Positions 27,701-45,425 of a DNA stretch of 64,000 nt are shown here, in pieces; within the stretch, counting starts at the first letter, position 1; every line of letters begins with the position of its first letter. The position numbers were made by a program, and so were the translations under genes. This DNA comes from the human T2T-CHM13v2.0 reference genome, Homo sapiens: NCBI RefSeq assembly GCF_009914755.1, contig NC_060939.1; one strand, 5' to 3'. The notes under the pieces were generated by a model that searched no databases, was not told the origin of the DNA, and saw only the letters and a program-made list of their open reading frames with translations.

Positions 27701-29221
27701 TCCGCACCTCCCATTCGCTGGCCTGACAGGGACCATGAATGAGGAAGAAAAGAATCCTGGCCAGTTACTGATGGTGATCTGTTTCCTTCTCCACTGACCG
27801 CCTGTAATCAAATCCTTTTTCTAAGTGTTACAGAAGCTGATCAGACTTGGGATAAAAAGGCCTTCTCCCAAGCTGATGTCACACAATGTGTAATTTCCTG
27901 GTGTGTCCAAGGGTTCTCAGGGCAGGAGGGAGTTTGGAATCACCTACTTGGCTGGTCAGGTGCCGGTTTTTCTTGAACTCACTCAGTCTTGTCCAAAAGG
28001 GTCTCAATGGTCTGTTGCCTCCTTCTGAGCTTTGGGTATGCATTTTCTGGCCTCAGATTCGCCCCTGATTGTATTAGGTCATCTTACCGTCATCCTCAGG
28101 AGAAGCGAATAATGTGTAGTAATTCCTCATCCTTTTTCTTCCTTTTGAGCCCAATTTAGGCTGAGCACAGACATAGAATAAATCTTGGCATCGTCCTTAG
28201 TCTCCACATCTAATTCCTGAACCTTCATTTTACTTGTGAATTATACTTACTCTAGAACTCAACAGAGTAACAAAAATGAATCACGGCGACCTTGCCCCCA
28301 CTTGAATTGTCTTAGTGTCAAGACCTGTTTTCCCTCAGCTGAAGTAATAAAGAAATTGACACTTCCAATGAGATAGGCAGAAAAATTGGGTTGGGTTGGG
28401 GATACCTGGCCAGAGGCAGCTCTAGATTTCATTACAAGGCTCAGAATGGAGAACTTTCCTCACCAGAACTAGGCTAACCCTGGCCTAGCAGCGGAAGCCA
28501 ATCCACCCGGGCAGGACACCTGCCTGCAGCATGGAGCCAGGGTGGGAGGTGGGCTTCCCCCTGCCAGCACCTCCCCAACTCCTCTCCTTCCCCTCAAGGC
28601 AGATGTGAGGTTCAAGTCCCGGGTATCGACCCATCATCCCTGGGCTCTGAAAGCCTGATGGAGATGAAAATAGTGCCAGACATGGAATGAACACTTGGTG
28701 TTCCCAGACTCACATCAAGTCATGCAGAGAGGTGACACATCCTCCCAGTAAACCCACCTTCTTCTTAACATGAAACACGCTGGTGGGACGTAGATGCCCA
28801 ATCGGCTATTCCCTTCCCCTCCTTTTGATGGCAACGAAGGTCTCACGCTGGGCAGCCACAAAGGGCTCTGGCGGTAAGTGCAGGACACCAAGTCACCAGA
28901 ACTGAAGTCTTCCTGTGTCAGTGGACAAGTTATGTGACCCCACCAAGCCTGTTTCCTGAATAGCAGGAGTGACTTGGCCATTTGGCCCATGCGGGACACC
29001 CTGCCCAGGCCCTCCTCTCACTGCCTCCTCACAGTTCTTCACACTGACACCATGGAATTTGCGTCTTCAGGTCTCGGTTGGAGGCGGCGCAGATCGATTC
29101 CACTGCAGCAGGTCTCACAGGCAGAGGCCATCTCACACTCCACCCCAGAGGAGGGACGCCGTGAATCTCCAAGGTCCACTGCCCCATGTCAGTTTTTAAA
29201 GGGAGAGTATTGAGGTATTCA

Positions 29222-29602
<381 letters not shown>

Positions 29603-29899
29603 TTAACTCACTGAAAAGTCATATAAGTTGCCGTTTTTTAAGATGGTCAACAGGAGTCACAAACGGAACTGGAAATTCCCTAGCACTGTGTCCTGAGTCC
29701 TTCATCTCTCCAAATACCATTACAGGGCAGATGGGCAAGTTTTATTAGCTCGAAAAATATGTTTAAATGTTTTGATTAGTGAAATCAGTTGTATTAATAA
29801 AACTCATTGCATCTCTCATGTGCAGTCGATGGGAACACAGTGGGGGCGTGAAGATGCTGGGTCTGTGTTCCCATCACACAGGCAAAGGACAGAGAAACA

Positions 29900-30460
29900 C
29901 GCAATGTCCAGCAATAACTGAAAACTAAATGGAGAGGCCGCTTCTGTCTCTCTGAGGAGATGCTCTTGAACAGAGACCTAACGGTGGGAAGAGAGCGAGT
30001 TATGGAGATGTCAGGGGGAGAGTGTGCCGGGCCCAGGAAGATTATGGGTGCCAAGCTGGAGATGGAGGCGAGCCTGGCAAGGGAAGGAGGAGGCTGAGGC
30101 AGAGGTGGCTTCCCGGGAGTGAGCACCAGGAAGAGAGGTTGGCAGGAGAACCCTGGGCCACATGTCCTGGGCGCCCTACTGTTCTGTCAGTTCTATCTTA
30201 AGTGTCTTCAGAAGCTGTTAGAAGATTCTGAGCAGGGAACCCACAGGATCTGGTTTGGGGCTTAAAAGTAACCCTCTGCCTGTCATGTAAGAAAAAACTG
30301 TTGAAGAGGAAGCTCCGTGGCAGGGAGGAGACCCAGCAGGCAAGGGCAGCACAGGCCTGGACCGTGGGAGGAATGGCCGGTGTGGTTCAAAGAGGTCTGA
30401 TCGGGAATATATTTTGAAGGTGGAGTGGACAGGCATTGCAGATGGATTAGAAGTGTGTAT
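29900..30460 (-). mobile_element. L2 fragment
   Basis: gaggagatgctcttgaacagagacct...gattctgagcaggg...atattttgaaggtggagtggacaggcattgcagatggattag. Confidence 0.7.
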
Positions 30461-31740
30461 CGGGCACCTTCAGAAACAAAGACAGTACAACAGCCAGTCG
30501 ACTACTAGAAAGAGCTAATAAAACTCGCAGCCACCGTTTTCCACGAGGCAGACAGGCACTGTGCCAAATGCTTTACGTTCGTTCCACATTTGATCCCCAG
30601 GACACCGCCTGGCATATGGTAGTCCAGTCCTGATGCTACCAGTAAGGAAGATGAAGGATACGGGCCCACAGTCATGTACTGGGAAGGAGCAGAGCCAGCT
30701 GCCTCTTCAAGCCCCTTCTTGCACTCTGTGACCTGTCTCATTGGCCCCATCCATAATCCCTGCTTTTCCAATTCCCTCCAACTTTCCCACACAGGGTGCG
30801 CAAAGCTGGGTTTGGGGGAAAACGACTCCTTGGTCCAACACGTGACTGTCTTATTGCTTCCTCTTCTAGGATGAAAACCTCCTGGGGTTTCCACTTTATC
30901 TCAAAACATATGTTTACCTTGGCATTCGCAGCTCTGTGGCAGAGGAAACGCTGCAACCAGCCCGTAAGGCAGCCCCAGGGACTCCCCGACCACTCCTCTG
31001 ACTGCTGCCTTTCCGGGAAACCTTCCATTCCATCAGCAGCTGAGCCAGGGTGGAAAGGAAGGGGCCATCCCAGCTTCTCCCAAGGCGCCCCCTCCACAGC
31101 CTATGCACAGCTGTTTTGTCCTGTTTGATTTTGTAACCACGGGGTAGAGGAGACAATAGAAAATATCTGGAATATTGTGCAACCAAACAAGAGAAAGGCA
31201 GTGGGAACATGAGGGAAGAGGCATGAATAAGCTGAATTGGCTTAAGAAGAAAAACAAGGTAATTATGTTCACGGAATAAAACCCCAGAATGCCACTGGAA
31301 GAGGGAAAATAGTGCTGGGCCATGACTCCTGCCTCAGCGATTCGAGAACAGGAAGGCAGACGCGGGCCCACGATGAGATAGGATGCAGGAGGTGCTCGGG
31401 GAGAAACGGAAGGGAGAAATGGCCTTTATCAGAAGCCTCTTCTGTCAGCAGTGGTGTGACCAGGATTCCATGTGCTAGAAAAGCCATGCGTCATGCTTGT
31501 TCTAGGAAGAATGTCAGTAGGGCTGGTGGCAGGCAAGGGCCTGTGCAGTGCTGGCCCCCTGGTTACTTACACAGCTGCTGGGCACCTGGCTTTCCTGAGC
31601 ATGCAAAGATCCTCCCCACACTGACCTCCCCGACCACCCCACACCATGCACACACATACGGCCAGTAGAGTTGAGCCCTCCCGTCTCTCAGGTGTCATCC
31701 ATGCCCTCCTGTCTCAGGTGCTGCCCACCAAGACTCAGAT

Positions 31741-31922
31741 CAGTGGTTCTCAAAATTAAGCGTGTGTCAGAATCTCCGGAAGGCTTGCCACATCACAGAT
31801 GCTCGGCATCACCTCAGAGATTCTGACCCAGAAGGACCCCGAGGAAGCTGAGAATGTGCATTCCTCATACCTTCCCAGGTTTTGCTGATGCTGTGGTCTG
31901 GGATCACCCTTTGAGAACCATT
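31741..31922 (+). mobile_element. MER5A (hAT-Charlie MITE)
   Basis: cagtggttctcaaa...cagaatc...gctgatgctgtggtctgggatcaccctttgagaacca; TIRs visible. Confidence 0.85.
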
Positions 31923-32581
31923 CGCTTCGGGGAGCTCTCTTCCCAAACACCACCACGGAGGACTTCCAGGGCCCTCTCTGACATCAAAAGGTGCTGGGGG
32001 CACTGAAACAAGAACAACACAGCCAATGATGATGGGGCATTTATTATGAGTTCTGGGCCCTTTACCTCATTCTATTACCTTCAATCCACAGATCAGGAAA
32101 TGGAAACATGAGGACAAGTAAATTGCCCAGGCTGTACTCAAGGTAGCAGAGCTGGGATCTGAACCAGGCAGAGGCCAGGCTCAAAACCACAACTCCTCCT
32201 GCCTCTCTTAAATACCAACATCAAGTTTATGGAAAATCTGATGAGGTGGCTGAACATTTGGGGTAAATTCGATTCCTTGCATGACAGTCAATATCCTAAT
32301 GATCACAGACATCCACAGTCACCAGTGACTCAATTACCATCTCTAATTTGGGTCAGACGCCAGAGTCGCACAGACTCAGAGCAAGAGAACACAGGAAGTA
32401 ACTCGGAAATTTCCATCATCACTGCTTTTTGTAAAAAAAGTAAATGTCTACGATATTTGCACAAGTAATCATGAAATGACAGTAAACATTACATTGAGAG
32501 AGGTGCCCTATATTCATGTCACCCACGACATTAAAAAAAAAAAAAAAAACCCTAACAAGAGAAGACCCCCAGCCACAATAA

Positions 32582-32740
32582 GGCAGGGCTTCTCAGAGTG
32601 TGGTCCCCACACCAGCACCACCAGCATCCATAGCCCTGCCCAGGCCCACCGAATGCAAACATCTGGGGTGAGGTCCAGCCGGCTATGTTTAAAGGAGTCC
32701 TCCATGTGATCCAGAGGCATGTAAATCTACAGAGCCCTCT
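32582..32740. mobile_element. MER5-family remnant
   Basis: cagggcttctcagagtgtggtcccc...atctggggtgaggtccagc. Confidence 0.6.
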
Positions 32741-32810
32741 TACTAACACTGAACAGCTAACATGGACCCTCTTTAAATCTTTACAAAAAACAAACAAACA
32801 AACAAAAAAA

Positions 32811-33105
<295 letters not shown>

Positions 33106-33575
33106 TACCAACTACTTGTTCCATGCTCCCTCTCCTCTGCCCCCAAAACAGAGCCAGGAATGGGTCTGTCACAGGAGGGAACTCTACGGCTGAATCCCAT
33201 GGTTCCCAGCTTCAATTCTCCTCTCATCTCTGCACAACATGAGATCAGCTCACTTGGAGTAGCTCCCACGATCCTCAGACTCCAATCTGAAGCTGCAAGC
33301 CAAATTCCTCAGGCCCCCACAACCCTGCCCCTGCAACATCTTACCCTTTCAGCACAAGCCTAACTGGGGTGTCGGGCCAGCCAGGTTCCTCCCAGCTCCA
33401 CCATCGTGTCACTATGCAGCCCGGTGAGGAGCCCAGCCTCAGCACCTTCATCTGTGAACTGGCGCCTACAGGAGGCGACTCCATGTGAGGGCCGAGGTCT
33501 GAGGACGGCACCAGGCAAGCAGGAGGCTCTCCCTCAGTAAGCCTCAGGCCCCTGGGCTTCTGCTCTTTGCTTTAA

Positions 33576-34191
<616 letters not shown>

Positions 34192-34439
34192 TGACTTGCC
34201 CAAGGTCAAGGAAATGGCAGAAGAAAGACTCAAATCCAGGTCTGATTAGGAGCCCTGCAAAAAAGAAGCAAAGACGGAGTGGGCCCAAGGGTACCCAGCT
34301 TGCTCCCACTGTGGGACAGCCACTCACCCTGCTGTCCATGGTGGGGACCCTGCCTTTGCTCACAGAAATTAATAGTGTTGGCATAGGCAACCTCAACACT
34401 TCTAATGGCCCTGGCCTGCAAACGGGTTGCACATGAGTG

Positions 34440-34730
34440 TAATGTCCAAATGTCACCTTCTCAGCAAAGCCTTTGGCCACTCCAGGTAAAATTTCAGGTC
34501 CCAGCCCCTCCACTTCCCACCCTTCTTATCTGCTTTCCATGTTCCCTTTATCGCCAGCCTCCATCCACACTCTAGAGTGTACTTACTGACTTCACATGAG
34601 TTGCATCCCCTCCAGTAAAACATCACCCCACAAGAGCAACGGCCTTTGTTTGGTGCCTTGAGTGTCCCCAGGGCTGGAGCCGGGCCTGGCACACAGTAGG
34701 CACTCAATAGAGTTTTACTGAGTATGAATG
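34440..34730 (+). mobile_element. L2 3' end
   Basis: aaatgtcaccttctcagc...cctggcacacagtaggcactcaata...tgaatga. Confidence 0.75.
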
Positions 34731-35051
34731 ACGGAAAAGCAGAATGTCGGTGAGGACAAAGATCCGTCCTGAACACAGAATCTGTGATGGACACAGCAAA
34801 GGAGAAAACACAGGCTAAAAGCAACGATGGGAATTTAATACCTGCCAAGAACAAAATGAATGGGCACAGGTCTGGCAGACGAGACCAGAGTTAAGCCCTC
34901 AGGCTTTGCTGTGAGATAGTTTGATCCCAGCTCTGTCACTCGCGAGTGGCATAATTTCAGACAAGAAATGTATTCTTTTAGAGCCTCAGTTTCCCCATCT
35001 GCTCACAGGAATAATGACGCCTCACTTAAAATGCTATCGAAAAGCGAGAAA

Positions 35052-35350
35052 GGCAGGGCGTGGTGGCTCACACCTGTAATTCCAGCACTTTGGGAGGCCC
35101 AGGAGGGCAGAATACTTGAGGTCAGGAGTTCAAGACCAGCCTGGCCAACCTGAAACAGGTGAAACCCTGTTTCTACTAAAAATACAAAAGTTAGCCAGGC
35201 GTAGTGGCGTGTGCCTGTAACCCCAGGTACTCGGGAGACTGAGATGGGAGAATCACTTGAACCAGGAGATGGAGCTTGCAGTAAGCCGAGATCGCGCCAC
35301 TGCACTCCAGCCTGGGCAACAGAGCGAGACTCCGTCTCAAAAAAGAAAAC
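35052..35350 (+). mobile_element. AluS-like
   Basis: ggcagggcgtggtggctcacacctgtaattcc...gactccgtctcaaaaaag. Confidence 0.93.
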
Positions 35351-36619
35351 GAAATGTGAGAAAGGAAAGACTGTAACCCAACCGCCTGGGGTCAGAGCCT
35401 AGCTTGGCTGCTTACAAGCTGTGTGCCTTCGGGCAAGACATCTCCCTCTCTGCACCTCGGTTTTCCCACATGCAGAATGGAGAGAACAGCAGCAGCTCCC
35501 GCACACTGTTGTGCAGATTAAATGACCCAAGACCATGACGTTCTCAGCAGATGGTAGCTGTTCTCAGTCTCACTTTCATCACTCCTGCAAGCACGGGATG
35601 AGGAGCGGCGCTGGTTGTGGTCTTTCCTACCTGTCAATAATGACTGGTGCAGGGATACCGCAGTCGACCCTGCTGAAAGCAACGCTCTTCAGCTCTCCAA
35701 GGCTAAGGGAAAAGAAGGTGCAGATCTCGGCACCGCTCCCAGGCCTGTGAGATGCTGGACTGTGTGGATGCCCCTGAGCGGGGCAGCAGCAAGAAGAGGC
35801 TACCCTTTGTGGAAGCAATGAGAAGGGGGTCTCTCTCCAGCGTTGCAGGAGGAAGTGTTGGAGACGGGCTCTGGAGCCACAGAGGCTGCCTCCTGCCATG
35901 CTTTGACGTCTAATGAGCCACCAGGCTCCCCTAGCTGCCTGGTGCTACTGGAGCACAGTCCAGGGCACTTCAGAGAGAAGGGACATGGTGTGGCCAGGAG
36001 GAAGGTGGACATGGACACATGCCACTCCTATGCAGTTGATTTGACGAAGAAGTCAGGTGGGAATTCCATCAGGGCCTTACAACCCCTGGAGTGGAGGGAT
36101 GGTGAGCCCTCTGGGGAAAGATGTGCGCCACGCCCCACCTTCAGGATCACCCTCCACCCTCAGCCAGTGAAGGAGGAGGTGGTCTCCAGGTGAAAACCTT
36201 TACCTGATGTCCTGCTACCAGATGTCTGTCTCTCCCCCAGTCACAGCAAAGCCAGAATGTGCCCAACCCCAACAATCCAGGCTGTGCGGCAGATCAGTGA
36301 GCCCGCTCCACGTGTACCGGGATCAGCATGGGGGGATCCAATCATCACTGTACTCATTCCTGTAACCAGCTGCTGCTCAGGAGGGGCCCTGGGCCCCACC
36401 TCAAGCCTAAGGCTAGCTCTGGGCCCTTAATGGAGACTGGGAAGCTGCTGGTCAGCACCCAGACTGCCACCAGAGACCAGAGCTGCAGGCACCTTTCCAA
36501 TCCCCAGGCCTAAGTGACTCCTGTTCTCAAGGAGCAGCAATCTCTCTGCTGCTTCTTCCTCCTCAGCCCCAGATGCCTTCAGCAACGTCAGGAATGTGTT
36601 CCAAGACCATAGCAAAGGC

Positions 36620-37471
<852 letters not shown>

Positions 37472-37944
37472 AAGTCCAAGACTACTTTTTAATTCTTCAG
37501 TAAAAATCACTCAAGATTCTGGCTCTACCCCTCATTCCACCACACCCTGGCAGGTCACCTGCCAAAGTTGTTCTGTAAGCCTGAACGTAGAGATAGGGCC
37601 ACTGTCCTCTTAGTCCCCACAGGGATGGAAGTCTTCAACGCTTTGAGACCTCGAAGTATTTCAAGGGCAGGATCTTGTAGAAACACACACTAGCACTTCT
37701 GATTGTTGCGGTAATTTCTTTAGCAAACAAAGCCTCAAATCTCAGTGTCTCAACACACTTTACTTCTCACTCATGTAACATCCAATGTTTCAGGGGCCAT
37801 GGCTGCCAGTTCTGTGGACAACCTCAGCCAGTCGGCCAACGGAGAAAGAGCCCCTAGGTGCCATTCATGGATGCTGGGCCAGGCCTAGAAATAGCTCGTA
37901 TCACTTCCACCCCATTCCACCAGGCAGAGGGCAGTCACTTGGCC

Positions 37945-38040
37945 CTCAGCCCTTTCCTAACCTTGACTCAGCTCACCTAACCATGACTCAGCCTTTCCTA
38001 ACCATGATTCAGTTCTTGTCTAACCATGACTCAGCCCTTT
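37945..38040. repeat. ~21-bp degenerate tandem repeat (ctaaccatgactcagcctttc), about 4.5 copies
   Basis: TGACTCA at 37964, 37984 and 38027; TGATTCA at 38005. Confidence 0.85.
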
Positions 38041-39054
38041 TCTATATGTCAATCAAGCTCCCTCTCAGCACAACAGCACTTGTCAGGAATTTCTAATCCA
38101 AGTCGTCTATGCTAGTAACTCCGAAGGTTGCTTAAACTGAAGTCCTAAATAGTAGCCAGGCCCAGATTCGATCTCTGGTAGAGCAGCCCAAAAGATCGCC
38201 CTGACATAACCTTCCTTCCCGTTCCTGAAGCACTTACGCTGCATATCTGTAGAAATTGAGGTTAAAAACTCAGAGCCAACCTGAGATTTCACAAGGGAGG
38301 GTTTAAGGTTCTTCAAATTAACGAACTCACAAAGAGCACAGGAGCCTGGGGGACTGCCTGAAACACGCAAGCTACAAACAAACATTCTCCCTCAAATTGC
38401 AGTTCTGACTCCGGAGGGTCACTCGCATCCTGCCCTTGTGGTTAATTCCAAGTGCTGCAATGGCTTCGGCATGACTGACCTTGCTCTTTACACCGTGAGT
38501 CCAGCGGCCGAGCAGTCACTGGGAAAACGAACTCTTGGCTCAACTCTAAAGCGGTGATTTTAATGCCAGATGCAAATGAGGACTGTCCGTTGTCCAAAAA
38601 CATCAGTGGTAACTTGAGTAAGTCTCAGTGCCCACATGGTCCAATCTGGCCCTGGAGTTTAAGCCAAAGATGCATAGCCTAGCAACCAAAAAAGAAACTT
38701 GCAAAGGCACCCTAATCTCTACTGGCATGTCCTTAAGAACATTTCAAAGGGCTCTAATTCACTCCCTGGTGACACTTCTTAACATGCCCCCTCCTCTCTC
38801 CATCCTCTCCCACACACTGCAGCCTCTCCCATCCTAGGCGGTACCTCTCCTCCCCGTCCTGCACACACCACCCTCAAACCCTGCACTATTTGTGTCTCAT
38901 CACTCCTCCCTCACCTCCCAGGGGAGAAGGCAGGAGGAGCCCCTTTGCTGGGCATTGTCCTTCTCCCATCCTGATCATTTTTCTTGGACAAAATCTCAAA
39001 GAAGTGCTAGAAAATAAAATTCACAACACTGCTCCCTCTGTCATCTTACTTCTT

Positions 39055-40125
<1,071 letters not shown>

Positions 40126-40212
40126 GTCATCCGCTTTAACCCTCACAACAACCCTAGATACTATTATCCCCATTTTCCAGATGAGAAAACAGAGCAGGGG
40201 ATATTAGGTAAG

Positions 40213-40565
40213 TGTATCAGTCTATTCTCACACTGCTAATAAAGACATACCAGAGTCTGGGTATAAAGGAAAAGAGGTTTAATGGACTCACAGTTCCACA
40301 TGGCTGAGGAGGCCTCACAGTCATGGCGGAAGGCAAAGGGGAGAAAAGTCACATCTTACATGGTGGCAGGCCAGAGAGAGCTTCTGCAGGGGAACTCCTC
40401 TTTATGAAACTATCAGATCTCATGAGACTTATTCCCTATCACCAGAACAGCACAGGAAAGACCTGCCCCCATAATTCAATTACCTCCCACCAGGTCCCTC
40501 CCATGACACGTGGGAATTATTGGAGCTAGATGAGATTTGGGTGGGGACACAGCCAAACCGTATCA
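40213..40565 (-). mobile_element. THE1 (MaLR) solo LTR inserted in a MIR
   Basis: Minus strand begins tgatacggtttggctgtgtccccacccaaatctc; 5-bp TSD gtaag at 40208-40212 and 40566-40570. Confidence 0.92.
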
Positions 40566-40630
40566 GTAAGTCACTCAACGACAGTGGTGGACAAGCAAGA
40601 TTCGAATGCAGGTTTAACTGCAGAGCCAAT

Positions 40631-40832
40631 CTTGTCCACCACTGTCCTTGAGTGACTTACTGATACGGTTTGGCTGTGTCCCCACCCAAATCTCATCTAG
40701 CTCCAATAATTATCACGTGTCATGGGAGGGACCTGGTGGGAGGTAAATGAATTATGGGGGCAGTTCTTTCCTGTGCTGTTCTGGTGATAGCGAATAAGTC
40801 TCATGAGATCGGATGGTTTCATAAAGAAGAGT
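40631..40832 (+). repeat. inverted duplicate of 40394-40595 (THE1 end plus flank)
   Basis: Reverse complement of 40394-40595 with about 9 mismatches in 202 bp; 35-nt spacer. Confidence 0.93.
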
Positions 40833-42925
40833 CATGCCTGTCCCCGCTTCTCATGGGTGGCACCTGGTGATGGGCTCAGCCTTCATCATGGAGAGGAAGG
40901 GCCCCTGCAGGTGGTAAACAGGACCTTGAGGGCCACTGTACAGGGAGCCCTTCCCTGGCTCTCAGCCTGCGATTTCCTCGGCTTGTTCCAACCGGAGCAG
41001 GACCCTTGTTTCAATGGCACTGGCTACAGATGGTACCTGCTCTCCTTGCCTCTCCTGCACCGCCGAGTGCAGGCTGTTTATGAACAGGCAGCACACAGGG
41101 TCTAAGAGCTCCTCAGGACTCACAGTGACAGAGGAGGCATCACTTCAAGGCCTAGTTTCCATTTATGATTCTACTCCCCCTCGTGTTTTCGGGGAGGGCT
41201 TTGTTGGTTTGTTTCTAACAAACCCAATAAAGGGTCAGGCTGACTCCGAATTGCATGACTAGAGTAAGAGCCGCACTGTAAGGCAATGGAGCATGCAACT
41301 GCATTCCAAGCTTGCCATGAGGCGTTCCTCGGCCATGAGGAACAGAAACACCGAGAGAACAAGAGACACTCCTTCTACTCTTGTCACACTGAAGCTGTGG
41401 AAGAATGACAGGGCAGTGGGCTTTGGACTGACACCAGTGTCACCAATATCTTGTGCAGGTTTGCAGCTGCCAACCTGGAAGGGAGGTCTGTTTCAGAATC
41501 CCCTCGCAGGCAGGGGCCTGGGAAAATACTCACCAGCCACCTCAAGGAAGGACACTCTTACAGGACACTTACTTTCCCAGTCAGAACAATGAAGGGGGCT
41601 CTGGGCCTGCATTTGAAAGGTCACGGCTGGAAACCCTGCAAGGGGAGCTGCTTTGCTTGCTCAGCCCTCTTGCTTTCCAGCCCAAAAGGCATTCATGCAC
41701 AGCCCTGTGTTTTGTTGGTCTCTGTCTAGTTCCAAAGTAAATGTTGGTTCTACATCTCCAAAGGGCTGGTAGAAGCCCATCCCATGCAAAAACATACCTA
41801 CATATTTTCACCATTTTCTAATGTATTTCAGCCATTATGTAACCTTAGACACAACCCTGGCAGGAAGAACAAGAAAAGTTGAACTTGGTCCCCTGGGGCA
41901 ACTGGTTTCAGTGTGGACTTCCAGCCAAGTCTCAAACACAAACCTCCCGCAGTGGGATCTTATTTTGTTGTTCCCAGGGCAGACAGATCTTCTTGGAAGG
42001 ATCTAACAAGCGCTGGTAGAGAACTTACAGATTTTGTAGGCATAGATGGAGCCTCGCCAGGCCTTAAGGTATGGGAAGCACACACACTGCACACTTCCAT
42101 GTGTGTGCATGCACCCCAGGCATGCATGAGCGTAAAGGTGTGTGTGTACGTGTGTACATATGTGTCTGGTATTTGTGTGTAGGTAAGACACATGCATCAC
42201 TTACATGTTTATTCACCCCAGTCACTATCTCTAAGTGGTGCACAGAGCAGGCACACAGAGGTCAAGGCAGGAATGTTCTCGGGATCGCCAGTCCTTGTCC
42301 TCTTCTGTTCTCTTAGGCGTAACAGCTCCTACACACAGTCTTTCGCAGACGCTCTCCAACGATCAGACACAACCTAATTGGCATTCCGGAGGAAATACTC
42401 TACGGATGCTTAAAGCTAAACCTGTGAGAAAGGGAACTAGTTTCCTAAAGCCTCCACTTTTTTGTTTTCCAGGCAACTCAATCAGCCGAGAAATCCAAGC
42501 TGAATTTGTGGGATACGAAGCCCTAAAATGAATAGCATGCGACTTTCCTAAGTCTTTTAAGCAGATGGTCTATTTTTTAATACTATGATGAAAATGAACC
42601 TTGCCAAAAATTTCTTCACTCTTGATGGCTAGATGTAAGCATACTTGATTCCCAAAATTGAAACCTTTCATAAAACCTCTCAAAAAGCAAAGAACATGGT
42701 CAAAAGCATAATTATAAATACCAAGGTAGCCTCTGACAAACAGATGAATTTGCTAAAGACTGCAAGTTGTCTAATTTGGAACAACGAATATGTAATTAAG
42801 CCTTCCCCTTTGTAACCTTCTCAGAGTAGACACCAACGACATAGTGTGGATAAGCCCAGAACAGGGCCCAAAAGTGAGATGGGTCCTAGGTAAGGACAAA
42901 GCCACTTCAGAACTTACTCATTTGA

Positions 42926-43513
<588 letters not shown>

Positions 43514-45059
43514 TAACAATACAGTGGAACAAACAGATAGGAGAGCCCCAAGAAGCAAAGAAACCCAAGAGCTGGTCTAGCCAGTAAAACTTGATTTGTA
43601 TCTTTGTATCTCAAACACGACTTGCCAGCCTCACCCAGCAAAGAACACTTTTGACACCGCTTTTTGACAACCCAAAACCACCCTCACAGAATGAAGACAT
43701 ACCAACACCACTGTAACACAGAAAACGCTGGCTCACTTGTGACGGAAATTCCCCAGAGGGCTCTACACACCAACCAGTGAGGACGCCAGGGCTGGGATAA
43801 GTGAAGAGTCACAGGGTGACCAATGTGGAAGGGACGAAGCACAGTCAGACGGGCCCATTTTCATATGTTTGTGTTTATGCATAAAAAGTGGCATTTCTTT
43901 CTTACCTAACTGATGACATCACAGGGTTCACAGCTTCTCTTCCTCTTTGACACATTCAATTAATAAAAACTCAACAGGTCCAGCACACAACACCGTCCAT
44001 TACCCACACCCACTCCCCCTCACCTCTTGCCAGTTCCCCAGCTCCTCTTGGTTTCATGGCCTCATGATGGGCTGGCCTGACACAGATTTCCAAAACCGAT
44101 GCTTTGTTCCCAAACACCACCGTCCTGGCCAGCAATATCCCCCACCCGCACTTCCTCCACCCACACGCTCTTCCTCACACCGGAAGGGCAGTGGGCACGT
44201 CTACCAAGCTCCCCTCAGGCCACCCAAACCTATCAGAGACTGTGGTATCAGTGCCAGGGGTGACGCAAGGAGGGGGTCCTTCTCCCCAAGTTCAGGGAAA
44301 GCCATGGGACCCTCAAGCCACAGCCGCTGGGCCCCAGCGCACAGACCAGACTCCAAGCTCCTCCACAGCATCAACCCGGCCTTCAGCCTGCAACGGTGGA
44401 ACATCTCCACTTCCTCCTGTAGGATCACCCCTCTCCCTCACTGGACAACGAAAAGGGAGGCCCTTCCATTAATTAAAAAATAGTAGGAGACCAAGCAAAG
44501 GGCAAAAAGAAGACTAGCTTGATTTAGGCTGGCACAAAAACCACCGTAGCTCAATTTGGAGGCACGGGTAGGAGAAAACCAATGCTCCACATCCACTGAG
44601 CAACACTCAGACACCTGCCTAGCCAGCCAGGCTTGGAGAGAAGCGGCTGCTGTCTTCAGCCACTGCCAGAGAGAGGCCCAGAGGGTATGCATCTGGAAGA
44701 GGAACGCAAAGGGCAGGCACGACCTCACCTCTGCCAAGTCCCCATCTTGTCACCTCCCTCTTCTCACCCAGGACAGCACCTATGTCACAACAGTGGCTGG
44801 AAAGCAGACAGCTCTGGATGAAGAATTCAACAGAGGAAATGTGCACACCCCACAAAGAGGTCTGACATGTGCAGAGTGGGGGCCACTCAGTGAGGGGATG
44901 GTGGCTTGTTCCAGATCCTCCTGCCTTACAGTGACTTCCTCCAACGTGGAGATCAGAATTCCCAAGGGGGTCATCCTTGCTATCCTTCCCATTCCAGCGA
45001 AGCCTAAGAAGTCCATATCGGTGCCAGGAGGGAAGGAGGAAGGGTCCTTCTGGTGTTAA

Positions 45060-45425
<366 letters not shown>

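Noticed and set aside
43895-43920. AG|GTAAGA on the minus strand as a possible recursive splice site
   Set aside because: No polypyrimidine tract upstream of the AG.
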